Part shown: positions 37,241-46,722 of the stretch, in pieces | How the letters are laid out: each line of letters opens with the position of its first letter | Numbering within the stretch: the first letter of the stretch is position 1 | Source of the DNA: an uncultured Acidimicrobiaceae bacterium | Lineage (GTDB): Bacteria > Actinomycetota > Acidimicrobiia > Acidimicrobiales > CAIXPF01 | Length of the DNA stretch: 64,000 nt | Assembly (NCBI GenBank): GCA_963775055.1 | Contig: CAVZHK010000001.1 | Span: forward strand, 13,402 to 77,401 | Direction: 5' to 3' | Notes under the pieces: generated by a model | Databases searched by the model: none | Seen by the model: the letters and a program-made list of their open reading frames with translations, nothing else | What the model was told of the DNA's origin: nothing | Made by a program: the position numbers and the translations under genes

Positions 37241-38736
37241 ACCGGGCCGAGCCGCTCGACGCGCGGCCGACTCAGCCCAACACCTCCCGGTCGAGACTGT
37301 CGAGACTGGGACTCGAGGGCGGCCCGCAGCGTCGGATGAGGCTGGGCGAACCCCGACGCGCTCTCCAAGGTCCGGCAGGTCCGCAACACCAGATCCTCCC
37401 GAAAGCGGGCCGCCACCACCTGCACACCGATCGGCAACCCATTGCGGGACACTCCGGCTGGTATGGACCCTGCAGGCTGGCCGGTCAGGTTGAAGGGCAG
37501 CGTGTAGGGCACGGCGTGGGTCCAGCGGTCGAACTCGGAAAAGTGGTACACCACGTCGGTGCGGGGGGCGACTGTCGGCATGGTAGGTGTGATCAGCACG
37601 TCGATGTCCTGATGGAAATCAGCCATGGCCACGATCAGCTCCGAACGGGCGCTCATGGCCGCCGAGAACGCCGACAAGGGCACATCCAAACCCTCCCGCG
37701 CCAGGCTCACGAAGCCGGGGTCGCATTCCTCCCAACGATCCCGGCTGATACCGCGAAGTATGTTGGCGAACCCGGCCTTCCAGTGTTCCTCAAACCGGGG
37801 GCGTAACGGGGCGAAGATGCGGTCCACCTCGACCATCCGAGCCCCCCTGTCCGCCAGCGCATCGAGCGCATCCCGCCAAGCCACCTCAACATCGTGGTCC
37901 CACACGGTGGCCCCGCCCAGCTCGGTGGTGAACCCCACCCGAAGCCCCGCGACCCCTTCATCGAGGCCAATGCTCCAGTCCCGGCCGTCGAAGGGAAGAG
38001 CCCAGGGGTCACGATGATCGGGCCGGCACACTTCGTTGAGGAACCGCGCCGCGTCATGCACGGTGTGGGCGATGGGACCGCCGGCAACGCTCAAGGAAAA
38101 TGGCGAATCCATCGGCGCGTGCGGCACCCGCCCGAACGTGGGTTTGATGCCAACCAGACCGCAATAGCTCGCCGGAATGCGAATGGACCCGCCGCCGTCG
38201 TTCCCGAAGGCGATGGTGCCGATGCCGGCGGCCAGGCTGGCGGCGGCACCACCGGACGAACCGCCCGGGGTGTGCGCCACGTTCCAGGGGTTCCGGGTCA
38301 CCCCACCCAGCGCGGTGTCGGTCATGCCCTTCCATCCGAACTCCGAGGTGGTGGTCTTGCCCAGGATCACTGCTCCCGCTTCCCGCAACCGGGCCACTGC
38401 GGGGGCATCGACCAGGCACGGCTCCGCGCTGGTGGTCACCGAACCCGACCGCATGGGGAACCCGGCCATCATCACGATGTCCTTGATGGTCACCGGCACG
38501 CCATCGAGCGGAGAGCGGGGAACGCCCAACTTCCAACGTTCGCTGGCTGCGGCGGCACAACGACGAGCGCCGTCGTGGTCCAGCAGCACGAAAGCGTTGA
38601 GGTGCGGCTGCAACCGCTCGGCCCGGGCCAGATGGGCCTCGACCACCTCGTCGGGGCGGGCCTCACCGCGCCGATAAGCTCGCACCAGATCCACCGCGGT
38701 CATGAACGTGTCCAAGGTGTCCATCGCCGAACTCAT
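37207..38736 (-). CDS. amidase (amidase-signature family)
   Basis: GVPVTIKD and GGSSGGAAASLAAG...GNDGGGSIRIPASYCG (AS signature with the Ser-cisSer-Lys triad context). ATG 38736 follows GAGGATAGG. Confidence 0.85.
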   Translation of the reverse strand: MSSAMDTLDTFMTAVDLVRAYRRGEARPDEVVEAHLARAERLQPHLNAFVLLDHDGARRCAAAASERWKLGVPRSPLDGVPVTIKDIVMMAGFPMRSGSVTTSAEPCLVDAPAVARLREAGAVILGKTTTSEFGWKGMTDTALGGVTRNPWNVAHTPGGSSGGAAASLAAGIGTIAFGNDGGGSIRIPASYCGLVGIKPTFGRVPHAPMDSPFSLSVAGGPIAHTVHDAARFLNEVCRPDHRDPWALPFDGRDWSIGLDEGVAGLRVGFTTELGGATVWDHDVEVAWRDALDALADRGARMVEVDRIFAPLRPRFEEHWKAGFANILRGISRDRWEECDPGFVSLAREGLDVPLSAFSAAMSARSELIVAMADFHQDIDVLITPTMPTVAPRTDVVYHFSEFDRWTHAVPYTLPFNLTGQPAGSIPAGVSRNGLPIGVQVVAARFREDLVLRTCRTLESASGFAQPHPTLRAALESQSRQSRPGGVGLSRPRVERLGPVQNVKRRLRAS

Positions 38737-38782
38737 CAACCTATCCTCGCAGATACCGCCCGCTGCACTACCGTCCCCGACC

Positions 38783-39670
38783 ATGCAAACCAGTGTGGAC
38801 ATCGGTCGGGTCGGTCTGTGGCAGGGCGTGTTGGATCAACAACCATCCTCTCGGGTACGGGAGCTGGCAGCGGAGATCGAGGCCATGGGCTGGGGTGCCC
38901 TGTGGTTGCCCGAAGCCATGGGTCGCGACGCCATGGTGTCCTCCGGTGTGCTGCTCGGCGCCACCACCACGCTCAAGGTGGCCACCGGCATCGCTCAGAT
39001 CCACGCCCGTGATGCGGTCACCACCGCCGCCGCCCAGCGCACCCTGGCCGAGGCCTACGACAACCGCTTTCTACTGGGACTCGGGGTCAGCCACGCCCCG
39101 ATGATCGAGTCGGTTCGCAAGCAGGCCTACGTGAAGCCGTATTCGTTGATGAAGGCCTACCTCGCCGCCATGGCCGAGGCGCCGTTCACCGCCAAGGGTC
39201 CCGACACCGCGCCACCCACCATCCTGGCGGCGCTGGGGCCCAAGATGTTGGAACTGTCCCGGGACGCGGTTCAGGGCGCCCACCCGTACTTCGTGCCGCC
39301 TGAGCACACCGCAATGGCCCGTGAGGTGATGGGACCCGAACCGCTGCTGGCCGTGGAGCAGATGGTCATCCTCGACACCGACGCCGAATCCGCCCGTGCC
39401 CTGGCCCGCACCGACATGACCCGCTACCTGCGCCTGCCCAACTACGCCAACAACCTCCGCCGCCTGGGCTACAGCGAGGAGGATCTCGCCGGGCCCACCG
39501 ACCGGTTGGTGGACGCCATCGTGGCCTGGGGCGACGAGGATGCAGTCGCGGCCCGGGTCAAAGCCCACCTCGACGCCGGCGCCGACCACGTTTGCGTGCA
39601 ACACCTGGTGGCGGACCGCAGCGTGGTGCCGGTCGAACAATGGCGTCGCCTGGCGCAGACCTTGCTCTGA
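38783..39670 (+). CDS. LLM-class F420-dependent oxidoreductase
   Basis: Motifs G.GALWLPEA and LLGLGVSH, with a family-typical C-terminus GADHVCVQ. It is divergent from the amidase with a 46-bp spacer. Confidence 0.8.
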   Translation: MQTSVDIGRVGLWQGVLDQQPSSRVRELAAEIEAMGWGALWLPEAMGRDAMVSSGVLLGATTTLKVATGIAQIHARDAVTTAAAQRTLAEAYDNRFLLGLGVSHAPMIESVRKQAYVKPYSLMKAYLAAMAEAPFTAKGPDTAPPTILAALGPKMLELSRDAVQGAHPYFVPPEHTAMAREVMGPEPLLAVEQMVILDTDAESARALARTDMTRYLRLPNYANNLRRLGYSEEDLAGPTDRLVDAIVAWGDEDAVAARVKAHLDAGADHVCVQHLVADRSVVPVEQWRRLAQTLL

Positions 39671-39760
39671 TCCGAAGCCCGAGGCCCGCACGGCCCTTTC
39701 GTGCGTCTGCGGGCCGGCGCGTGGCCCGGGTAAGGTGCCACCGCGAACGAAGGGGGACCC

Positions 39761-40348
39761 ATGCATTTCGCGCGACCGAGCTCACCTCGGCTTCAACCGA
39801 TCCCGGCGGTGGCCGAAAAGGCCAAGGAGCGGATGAAGGACATGCCGATCAACGCGGTCAACGTGTCGGCCACCATGGCCTACAACCGCACATTGGCGAA
39901 GGCCTTCGGACCGTTCGCCCAAGCGGTGCTGTTCCACGGGGGCCTGTCCCGGCGCAACGTGGAACTGGCCGTGCTGCGCATGGGTTGGAACTGTCAGGCG
40001 ATCTACGAGTTCGGACAGCACACGCTCTTCGGCAAGGATGTGGGCCTCACCGACGCTGAGATCTACGGCGTCACCCGGCCCCTCAACCAACACCCGTGGA
40101 CCGATGAGGAGCGCGCCGTGCTCCAGGTGGTCGATGATCTCTACGCTGATGATTGCGTGGGTGATGCCGCCTGGACCGAGGCCTGCAAATTCTTCAACGA
40201 ATCGGACATGTGCCACCTGATCATGGCCGCCGGCTGCTATCGCGTGGTCAGTGGGTTTCTGAATTCCGCCGGGGTGCAACTTGATGAAGGTGTGCCGGGC
40301 TGGCCGAGCGCACCAGCACCAGCACAACCACAACCAGGACGGAGCTGA
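39761..40348 (+). CDS. carboxymuconolactone decarboxylase (AhpD-like) family protein
   Basis: Pattern ...INAVNVSATMAYNRTLAKAF.PF...VL..G.LS.R..ELAVLR.GW.C...YE...H. Pattern-level call only. Confidence 0.65.
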   Translation: MHFARPSSPRLQPIPAVAEKAKERMKDMPINAVNVSATMAYNRTLAKAFGPFAQAVLFHGGLSRRNVELAVLRMGWNCQAIYEFGQHTLFGKDVGLTDAEIYGVTRPLNQHPWTDEERAVLQVVDDLYADDCVGDAAWTEACKFFNESDMCHLIMAAGCYRVVSGFLNSAGVQLDEGVPGWPSAPAPAQPQPGRS

Positions 40349-40351
40349 GCG

Positions 40352-41539
40352 ATGAGTTTTCCGCTACAAGGCATCAAGGTGCTCGATTTCACCCGGGTCC
40401 TGGCGGGTCCGTTCGCCACCCGCATCCTGTCCGACCTGGGCGCCGACGTGGTCAAGGTCGAACCTCCCGAAGGTGACATGACACGGGGAATCGGACGCCG
40501 CATCGGTGGGATTTCCGGTTACTTCACACAGCAGAACGTGGGTAAGCGCTCCATCTGCGTTGATCTCGCCCAGCCGGAGGGGGTGGAGGTCATCAAACAA
40601 TTGGTGGGGAAAGCCGACGTGGTGACGGAGAACTTCCGGCCCGGGATCATGGCCAGCTTCGGCCTCGGCTGGGATGATCTGCGGGCCATCAACCCCAAGC
40701 TGGTCATGTTGTCCATCTCCGGTTTCGGCCAAGTGGGCCCGGAGACACAGCGGGCGTCCTACGCTCCGATCATCCACGCCGAGATGGGCCTGTTGCAGCG
40801 ACAGCAGTTTGTCACCGAAACCGACAAACCGGTGGACCTGGCACTTTCCGTGGCCGATACCTCCACTGGCTTACACGGCACCATTGGTTTGCTGGCGGCG
40901 TTGCATCACGCCCAGCGCACCGGCCAAGGCCAACACGTGGACATGGCCATGCTCAACGCCCTGATGTTCACCGATGATTACGTTCACGCCGCCATCGACA
41001 AGGTGCGCATCAACAACGGCGGCGGCATGGTGTTCCACGCCACCGGCGGGCCCATCATGTTGGCCGGTGACGAGAAGTGGTATTGGCGGGTGTTCAACAC
41101 CAAGGCCGGTCTGGTGGACCCCACCCCCGACGGTGCCGATCTGGAGACCAAGATCCGCATGCGACGTGAGGCCATCGAGCAGTACCTGTTGTCCTTCCCC
41201 GACCGGGAGTCCCTCATCACCAAGCTCAACGAGGTCAACCTGGCCTGGGGTGACGTGTTCGATCATCGTGAGGTGCTCGAGAAGCAGGGCTCCATCGAAG
41301 GCCGTCAGGTGCTGATCGAGGTCGACGATCGTGACGGTGGCCGTCGTCGCACCACGAACACGCCCTACCGTTTCTCTGACGCCGAAGCCGCCGTGCGTGG
41401 TCCCGCTCCCCACAAGGGCGAACACAACTACGACGCCCTCACCGACTGGCTGGAACTCTCCCAGTCCGAAGTGGACCGGCTTCATCGCTCCGGCGTCCTC
41501 CTCCAAGACGAGCAAGCCACCCAAGCCAACCTGGGCTGA
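40352..41539 (+). CDS. family III CoA-transferase (CaiB/BaiF)
   Basis: Motifs GIKVLDFTRVLAGPFATRILSDLGADVVKVE, VVTENFRPG and SISGFGQ.GP. Confidence 0.85.
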   Translation: MSFPLQGIKVLDFTRVLAGPFATRILSDLGADVVKVEPPEGDMTRGIGRRIGGISGYFTQQNVGKRSICVDLAQPEGVEVIKQLVGKADVVTENFRPGIMASFGLGWDDLRAINPKLVMLSISGFGQVGPETQRASYAPIIHAEMGLLQRQQFVTETDKPVDLALSVADTSTGLHGTIGLLAALHHAQRTGQGQHVDMAMLNALMFTDDYVHAAIDKVRINNGGGMVFHATGGPIMLAGDEKWYWRVFNTKAGLVDPTPDGADLETKIRMRREAIEQYLLSFPDRESLITKLNEVNLAWGDVFDHREVLEKQGSIEGRQVLIEVDDRDGGRRRTTNTPYRFSDAEAAVRGPAPHKGEHNYDALTDWLELSQSEVDRLHRSGVLLQDEQATQANLG

Positions 41540-41542
41540 GCA

Positions 41543-43144
41543 GTGCCCGTCGACCCGAATCGTGAGAGCTGGAAGCCCGGGATGGCCTGGGAGCAGGCCG
41601 TTGCCGACATCAACTACGTGCGGGAACTGGCCGCGGAGATGGGCGGACCCGAGCGCATCTCCCGTCAGCACGCCGGCGGTCGCTACACGGTTCGGGAGCG
41701 AATCGAGAAGCTGGCCGACCCCGGCAGTTTCACCGAGGCCATGCCGTTGGTCGGCGCAGCCGAGTACGACCCAGACGGCAACCTGGCAGCCTTCACGCCA
41801 GGCGGGTATGTCATGGGGGTGGGCGAGATCGACGGCCGCCCCGTAGCCATCGGCGGGGATGACTTCACCATCTCTGGCGGTTCGCCCCACGGCGTACACA
41901 AACGTCCGCACGACTTCGTGTATCCGTTGGCGTTGCAGTACGGCATCCCGCTGGTCCATTTGGTGGAAGGCGTCGGTCATAGCTCCAAATCCGACGAGGC
42001 CTCGGGTCACATGGGCCTACCCTCGGGGGACCTGTGGTGGCAGCTGACCGAGCTGTTGGCGACGGTGCCGGTGGCGTCGGCCATCCTGGGATCCGTTGCC
42101 GGGTGGCCGGCGGCGGTGGCGCTGATGTCGCACTTCACGGTGATGGTGAAGGGCCAGTCCCAGATCTTCCCGTCGGGGCCGCCGGTGGTGCGCAGGGCCA
42201 TCGGCGAGACGCTCGACAAGGAGGCCCTCGGCGGCTCGCAGATGCACGTGCACGACTCGGGCCAGGTGGACAACGAGGCCGCCACCGAAGAGGAAGCCTT
42301 CGAGCAGATCCGCACGTTCCTTTCCTATCTGCCCAACACCACCGGTGAGGTGGCGCCCAGGGTGGAGACTGGTGACAGGCCCGATCGCCGCGAGGAGGAG
42401 CTGCTCACAATCATCCCCGCCAACCGCCGGCGCGGGTACGACGCCCGCAAGCTGATCCGCCTGGTGGTCGACAACGGTGACTTCTTTGAGATGCGCCGCC
42501 ACTGGGCCGGCGCGCTGATCACCGGATTCGCCCGCCTCGATGGGTACAGCGTGGGCGTGCTCGGCAGCGATCCCATGAAGATGGCCGGGGCCATGGACGG
42601 TAACGCCGCCGATAAGTACACACACTTCCTGGATTTGTGCGATGCCTTCAACCTGCCGGTGCTGATCTTCCTGGACATGCCGGGGTTCATGTTGGGTTCG
42701 GCGGCCGAACGCAAGGCCACCATGCGGCGGGGGGTGAGGGCGTTGATGGCCAGCGCCCAGGCCAAGGTCCCCAAGGTCGAGTTCAACGTGCGCAAAAGCT
42801 ACGGGGTGGCCGCCGATGCACCCAACAGCATCAGCCAGCCGGGCGGGCTGAACCTACGCTTCGGCTGGCCCGCCGGTGAGTGGGGCGGCATCCCCATCGA
42901 AGGCGGGGTGGCCGCCGCGTATCGACGCGAGATCGACGCCGCGCCCGATCCCGAGGCGCACCGCGAGATGATCGAGCAGCGGCTGTTGCGGTTGCGTTCA
43001 CCGTTCCGGGCCGCGCATCAGGGCGATGTGGTCGACCTCATCGACCCCCGGGACACTCGACCCTTGGCGTGCAAGTTCGTGAAGATGGCCCAGCCGGCAC
43101 TGTCACGTCTGGCGCAGCAACCCAAGCGAGCCGTTCGCCCCTGA
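41543..43144 (+). CDS. acyl-CoA carboxylase carboxyltransferase (beta) subunit family
   Basis: GTG start 3 nt after the upstream stop. Two crotonase-like halves with GRPVAIGGDDFTISGGS, LGGSQMH, DGYSVGVLGSDPMKMAGAMD and FLDMPGFM.G. Confidence 0.85.
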   Translation: MPVDPNRESWKPGMAWEQAVADINYVRELAAEMGGPERISRQHAGGRYTVRERIEKLADPGSFTEAMPLVGAAEYDPDGNLAAFTPGGYVMGVGEIDGRPVAIGGDDFTISGGSPHGVHKRPHDFVYPLALQYGIPLVHLVEGVGHSSKSDEASGHMGLPSGDLWWQLTELLATVPVASAILGSVAGWPAAVALMSHFTVMVKGQSQIFPSGPPVVRRAIGETLDKEALGGSQMHVHDSGQVDNEAATEEEAFEQIRTFLSYLPNTTGEVAPRVETGDRPDRREEELLTIIPANRRRGYDARKLIRLVVDNGDFFEMRRHWAGALITGFARLDGYSVGVLGSDPMKMAGAMDGNAADKYTHFLDLCDAFNLPVLIFLDMPGFMLGSAAERKATMRRGVRALMASAQAKVPKVEFNVRKSYGVAADAPNSISQPGGLNLRFGWPAGEWGGIPIEGGVAAAYRREIDAAPDPEAHREMIEQRLLRLRSPFRAAHQGDVVDLIDPRDTRPLACKFVKMAQPALSRLAQQPKRAVRP

Positions 43145-43296
43145 ACGGATATTCGCGTGCATCTCCCGCTGCCGATGCACCACCATGGCCAGCCCCACCG
43201 CAGCCGGATGTCCCGCGCTGCCGTGGCCCACCATGGATCACACCCCTCACCACGCGCCCTTCACACAACCCCGACGCCCGGCCCACCCTGGGACCC

Positions 43297-43761
43297 GAGT
43301 TGGACCCTGCCACGCTCATCGACGGTGACCTCTTCCTGGCGTTCGCCAACGGACAGTTCCCCGCCGCCCGAGAGGTCCATGTCCCGCGGATCGGTACCGG
43401 CAATGACCTCTCGCCCCCCTGGGATGGGCGATTGGTACTGATGTGGGGCCCGCCCGGTACCGGCAAGACCACGTTGCTGCGCTCACTGGCTCGACATTGG
43501 CAGCGTTGGTGCGAGACGGTGTACGTGTCAGACCCTGATCGGCTCTTCGGCGATCCAGGGTATCTCAACGCGCTGGTGCTTGATGAACAAGATGGGCCCG
43601 TGGACGGAGCGCCCAGCTGGACGTTGCTGGTGCTCGAGGACTGCGATGAGCTCATCCGTCCCGATGCCACGAACGCCAGCCACCCGCGACATACCGGTCG
43701 GTCAATACCTCTAGGTATGCTCGCACCGATCGCTACGCCGGACGGGCCGCTTCGACCATGA
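43297..43761 (+). pseudogene. truncated AAA+ ATPase (Walker A and B only)
   Basis: GPPGTGKTTLL and LLVLEDCDELI are present. Sensor-1 and the arginine finger region are missing. The ORF ends about 30 aa after Walker B inside the convergent RidA gene. The 5' start is unclear. Confidence 0.5.
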
Positions 43762-44086
43762 TCTCGACAGTCGCCTTGGGGGCGGCCAGACGGGCTTCAA
43801 CGGTGGCCCGGGCCGGCGTGGCACCGGGCGTCACCCAGGCGGTCCAGGCCTCGTTCATCTTGGACCACTCGGTGATGTCGGTGAGCCAGATGTTGGCTCG
43901 CAGTAGCTGGCTCTTGTCGGTACCGGCGGCGGCCAGCAACTCGTCGATGCGGGCCAGGATCTGCTCGGTCTGGCCCTTGGTGTCAGCGTCCACGTCGCTG
44001 GCGATGAGGCCGGCCAGGTACACGGTGTTGCCGTGCACCACCGCCGCGCTCATGAGGGGTCCGGGCTGGATGCGCTCGATGGTCAT
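43733..44086 (-). CDS. RidA/YjgF family protein
   Basis: ATG 44086 follows AAGGTGG. Motifs GNTVYLAGLIA, ANIWLTD and PARATVEARL. Confidence 0.8.
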   Translation of the reverse strand: MTIERIQPGPLMSAAVVHGNTVYLAGLIASDVDADTKGQTEQILARIDELLAAAGTDKSQLLRANIWLTDITEWSKMNEAWTAWVTPGATPARATVEARLAAPKATVEIMVEAARPA

Positions 44087-44143
44087 CCCACCTTGTATCA
44101 CGCGGCCGTCTTCGGCGCACCGTGGTGGGGGGGACAACGTGGG

Positions 44144-46231
44144 TCAGCTGATCACCACGCCATCGGTGAAGCTGGTGGTGCTACCCACGAAGTCCAGGGC
44201 CAGCCGCGCCGCGCTCAGCTCCAACGCCACGAAGCCGAAGCCCGAATCAGCTGAACTCTTCCCGTTCCATGCCGCGAAGTATGCCAGCTCCGGATCGGCG
44301 AGCTGGATTTGCGTCAGATCGCGGCCTGCCACGCCGACGGTGACGAACACCGTCCCCTGACCCTTGCCGTGCTGGCCGTCCTCGCCCGGATCGACGATGC
44401 AGCCCGCCACGAAGACCCCGGCGTCTGCGCAACGCAGCTGATGGGTGCGCTGGTAGGTGTGATCGTGACCGGACAGCACCACGTCCACACCCTCGGCGAT
44501 CAGCGTGTCCATCAGCGTCTCACCCACTTCGCAGCTCTTGTTGCCGATGCTGAGACACACCTTGTGCATGCCCACAACCACCCAGGGGATACCGGCGGCA
44601 CGAGCGTCTCGCACTGTCTTGACGAGCCAGGCAAGATGGGTGGACCCGGGCTCGTAGTCGTACTTCTCCCCCGCCATGTCGTTGCCGGCGCCGATCATCA
44701 CCACCCGCACCAGACCGTCAACATCGAAGAAATACTCCGCGCCGTAGGTCCCGGTGGCGTTCATCCGATCAGGCAGGCATCCCAGGAAGTCTCCGATGTA
44801 TCCATCGACCCGGTCGTCATCCTCGTGGTTGCCCAGCACCAACTCGAAGGGGAACGTGGCCCCGACGTTGGATTTCACGTAGTCACACCAGTCCGCCGGG
44901 CTTCGCTGGGAGTAGCTGAGGTCACCCAACCCAAGATGGAACCGTGCTCCCGACGCTGCGATGGCCTGCAATGTGGCGGTGGTGTTCGCCGTGGCGCCAT
45001 AGTCTCCGGCCGCGGTGAACCGCAACGAACCGGGCGGCTGCGATGGTGCCGGGGCCGAGGTGGGCGTCACCGGTTCCTCCGCCGTTCCATACACGTCCGC
45101 TAACGCCGAAATGTAGGTTTCGCCGTACTCGGTGCTTGGTTCGATGGAGGTGCCTTCGCCCCATTCGTTCCAGCTGGTGATCAACTGCCAGAAGGCACCG
45201 GAAGCCTTCATCGTCGACAGATCCTCACGGAAACGGTTCAGGTCACGGGCCAGGCGTGGCTCCTCGCCATGTTTCCAGAACCCCGGCGAGACCGTCACCG
45301 AGTGCGGCAGTTGTGCGTCGTAAGCCTTGGCCGGGCCGTACTGATGCCACGAATCCGGTTGGTCGGCCAGGTCCCGGTAGCCGGAGAGGACCTTGAGCAC
45401 GATGTGGAAGTCCACGTCCGGGATCAGCCGTTGCGCCTCGGCCCAGCGAGTGGCGATCTCCGCCCCTTCACCGGATTCTGCCCACACGAACACCACCGGA
45501 TCCGGCCCCACCCGGAGGTATGCCGGAGAGCCGGCGTAGTTCGTCGCCAGGTAGCGGAGGTCGCTGGCGATGGTCTCAGCGCTGGGATCGCCTTGACCCT
45601 CTGGTTCATAGTACGGCGCCCAACGCAGTCCCTGGTTCGGCGAGCCGTCCGCCACCGTTCGCTGCAGCAGTGACCCGAAGGCGGTATCAGTACGGTGGCC
45701 CTGACCCCACCACGAGCTGATGAACGCTTCAATGCCCGCCCGTTTCGCCAACCCCAGCTGTTGGTCGATCACCGCGGTGTCATTTGAGTCGTAATACCCC
45801 AGCGAAGGAGTGAAGTTGGTGAACGGGTTCGCGCCCTGCTGGTTCCAGCCCTGAGGAAACCAGGGATAGAAGAACGCCGCCACGATGGGCGCGCTGGGCT
45901 GACCCGGCGTTTGGTCGACACTTGGCGCCACGGTGGCAAGCGTCGCACCGCCCGACGATGTGGTGTCGGTACTTCCCACTCCCGACGTCCCAGTCGTCGT
46001 GTTCGTGGCGGCCGTGGAACTGCCCGGCGTACCGGGATCACCAGTTGCAACTGGTTGCGCCGCGCTCGAAGCGGTCACCGGCGCGGAGGAGTGCGGGCCT
46101 TCCTGGGCGCTGGGGTCCGACCCTGCCAAGGTCAAAGACACCAGCGCAGTGGCCACCACACCGACGCCAAGACCGATCAGCCGGAGCCGGATTCGTTTGC
46201 GGACTTTGTACCAACTCCATCGAGCAGCCAT
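44144..46231 (-). CDS. membrane-anchored or secreted GH99-like domain fused to a calcineurin-like metallophosphoesterase
   Basis: N-terminal TM/signal helix and a Thr/Ser-rich linker. Then AAFFYPWF...GYYDSND..VIDQQL..AKRAGIEAFISSWWG (GH99-like). Then GDYG...GDLSY...GNHE...GMHK...GHDHTYQR (metallophosphoesterase motifs). Confidence 0.7.
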   Translation of the reverse strand: MAARWSWYKVRKRIRLRLIGLGVGVVATALVSLTLAGSDPSAQEGPHSSAPVTASSAAQPVATGDPGTPGSSTAATNTTTGTSGVGSTDTTSSGGATLATVAPSVDQTPGQPSAPIVAAFFYPWFPQGWNQQGANPFTNFTPSLGYYDSNDTAVIDQQLGLAKRAGIEAFISSWWGQGHRTDTAFGSLLQRTVADGSPNQGLRWAPYYEPEGQGDPSAETIASDLRYLATNYAGSPAYLRVGPDPVVFVWAESGEGAEIATRWAEAQRLIPDVDFHIVLKVLSGYRDLADQPDSWHQYGPAKAYDAQLPHSVTVSPGFWKHGEEPRLARDLNRFREDLSTMKASGAFWQLITSWNEWGEGTSIEPSTEYGETYISALADVYGTAEEPVTPTSAPAPSQPPGSLRFTAAGDYGATANTTATLQAIAASGARFHLGLGDLSYSQRSPADWCDYVKSNVGATFPFELVLGNHEDDDRVDGYIGDFLGCLPDRMNATGTYGAEYFFDVDGLVRVVMIGAGNDMAGEKYDYEPGSTHLAWLVKTVRDARAAGIPWVVVGMHKVCLSIGNKSCEVGETLMDTLIAEGVDVVLSGHDHTYQRTHQLRCADAGVFVAGCIVDPGEDGQHGKGQGTVFVTVGVAGRDLTQIQLADPELAYFAAWNGKSSADSGFGFVALELSAARLALDFVGSTTSFTDGVVIS

Positions 46232-46722
46232 CGCAATTCCCCTTCGCTCAGGCCAACGGCGACCACGCCGTGGGTTTCGCACGGCGCCACCTCGGCCGGT
46301 TCCAGCCAGCTGGCAACCTGCACCGACCGGCCCAGGAAGCGCCCGGCCAGCACGGTCATTGCTCTCATGCCGACCTGGTGGCCCTCGACCTCGCGCAGGT
46401 CATCGAACGCCTCGACCACCTCATCGAGATAACCACCAGAGATCACCTCCACCCGACGTTCGTCGTTCTCGCCGGCCCACGTGACCTCAACCGCTCTGAC
46501 GGTCTTGGAATACGGCACCAATCGCCTCTCCGTGGGCCGAAGATCAGCCGGCACCGCTGCTAGCACCGTCTCGGGGCAGTTCCGGGAGGTTGGAGCGGGG
46601 GCCGGACCATCCCTCGCCACCGTTGCCATGGACCCATCGCCACAGCCGCCCAGGCACCACCCGGCGATCACCACCGTACCCACCACCAACCCCAACCGCA
46701 CCGCGGACGAGCTCACTGCCAC
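46177..46722 (-). CDS. hypothetical lipoprotein
   Basis: Signal peptide with lipobox LGGC. The GTG start overlaps the upstream stop. No recognisable domain. Confidence 0.5.
   Translation of the reverse strand: MAVSSSAVRLGLVVGTVVIAGWCLGGCGDGSMATVARDGPAPAPTSRNCPETVLAAVPADLRPTERRLVPYSKTVRAVEVTWAGENDERRVEVISGGYLDEVVEAFDDLREVEGHQVGMRAMTVLAGRFLGRSVQVASWLEPAEVAPCETHGVVAVGLSEGELRWLLDGVGTKSANESGSG

Noticed and set aside
40871-42010. 379-aa minus-strand ORF spanning the CoA-transferase / carboxyltransferase junction
   Set aside because: Antisense shadow crossing two well-supported plus-strand genes.
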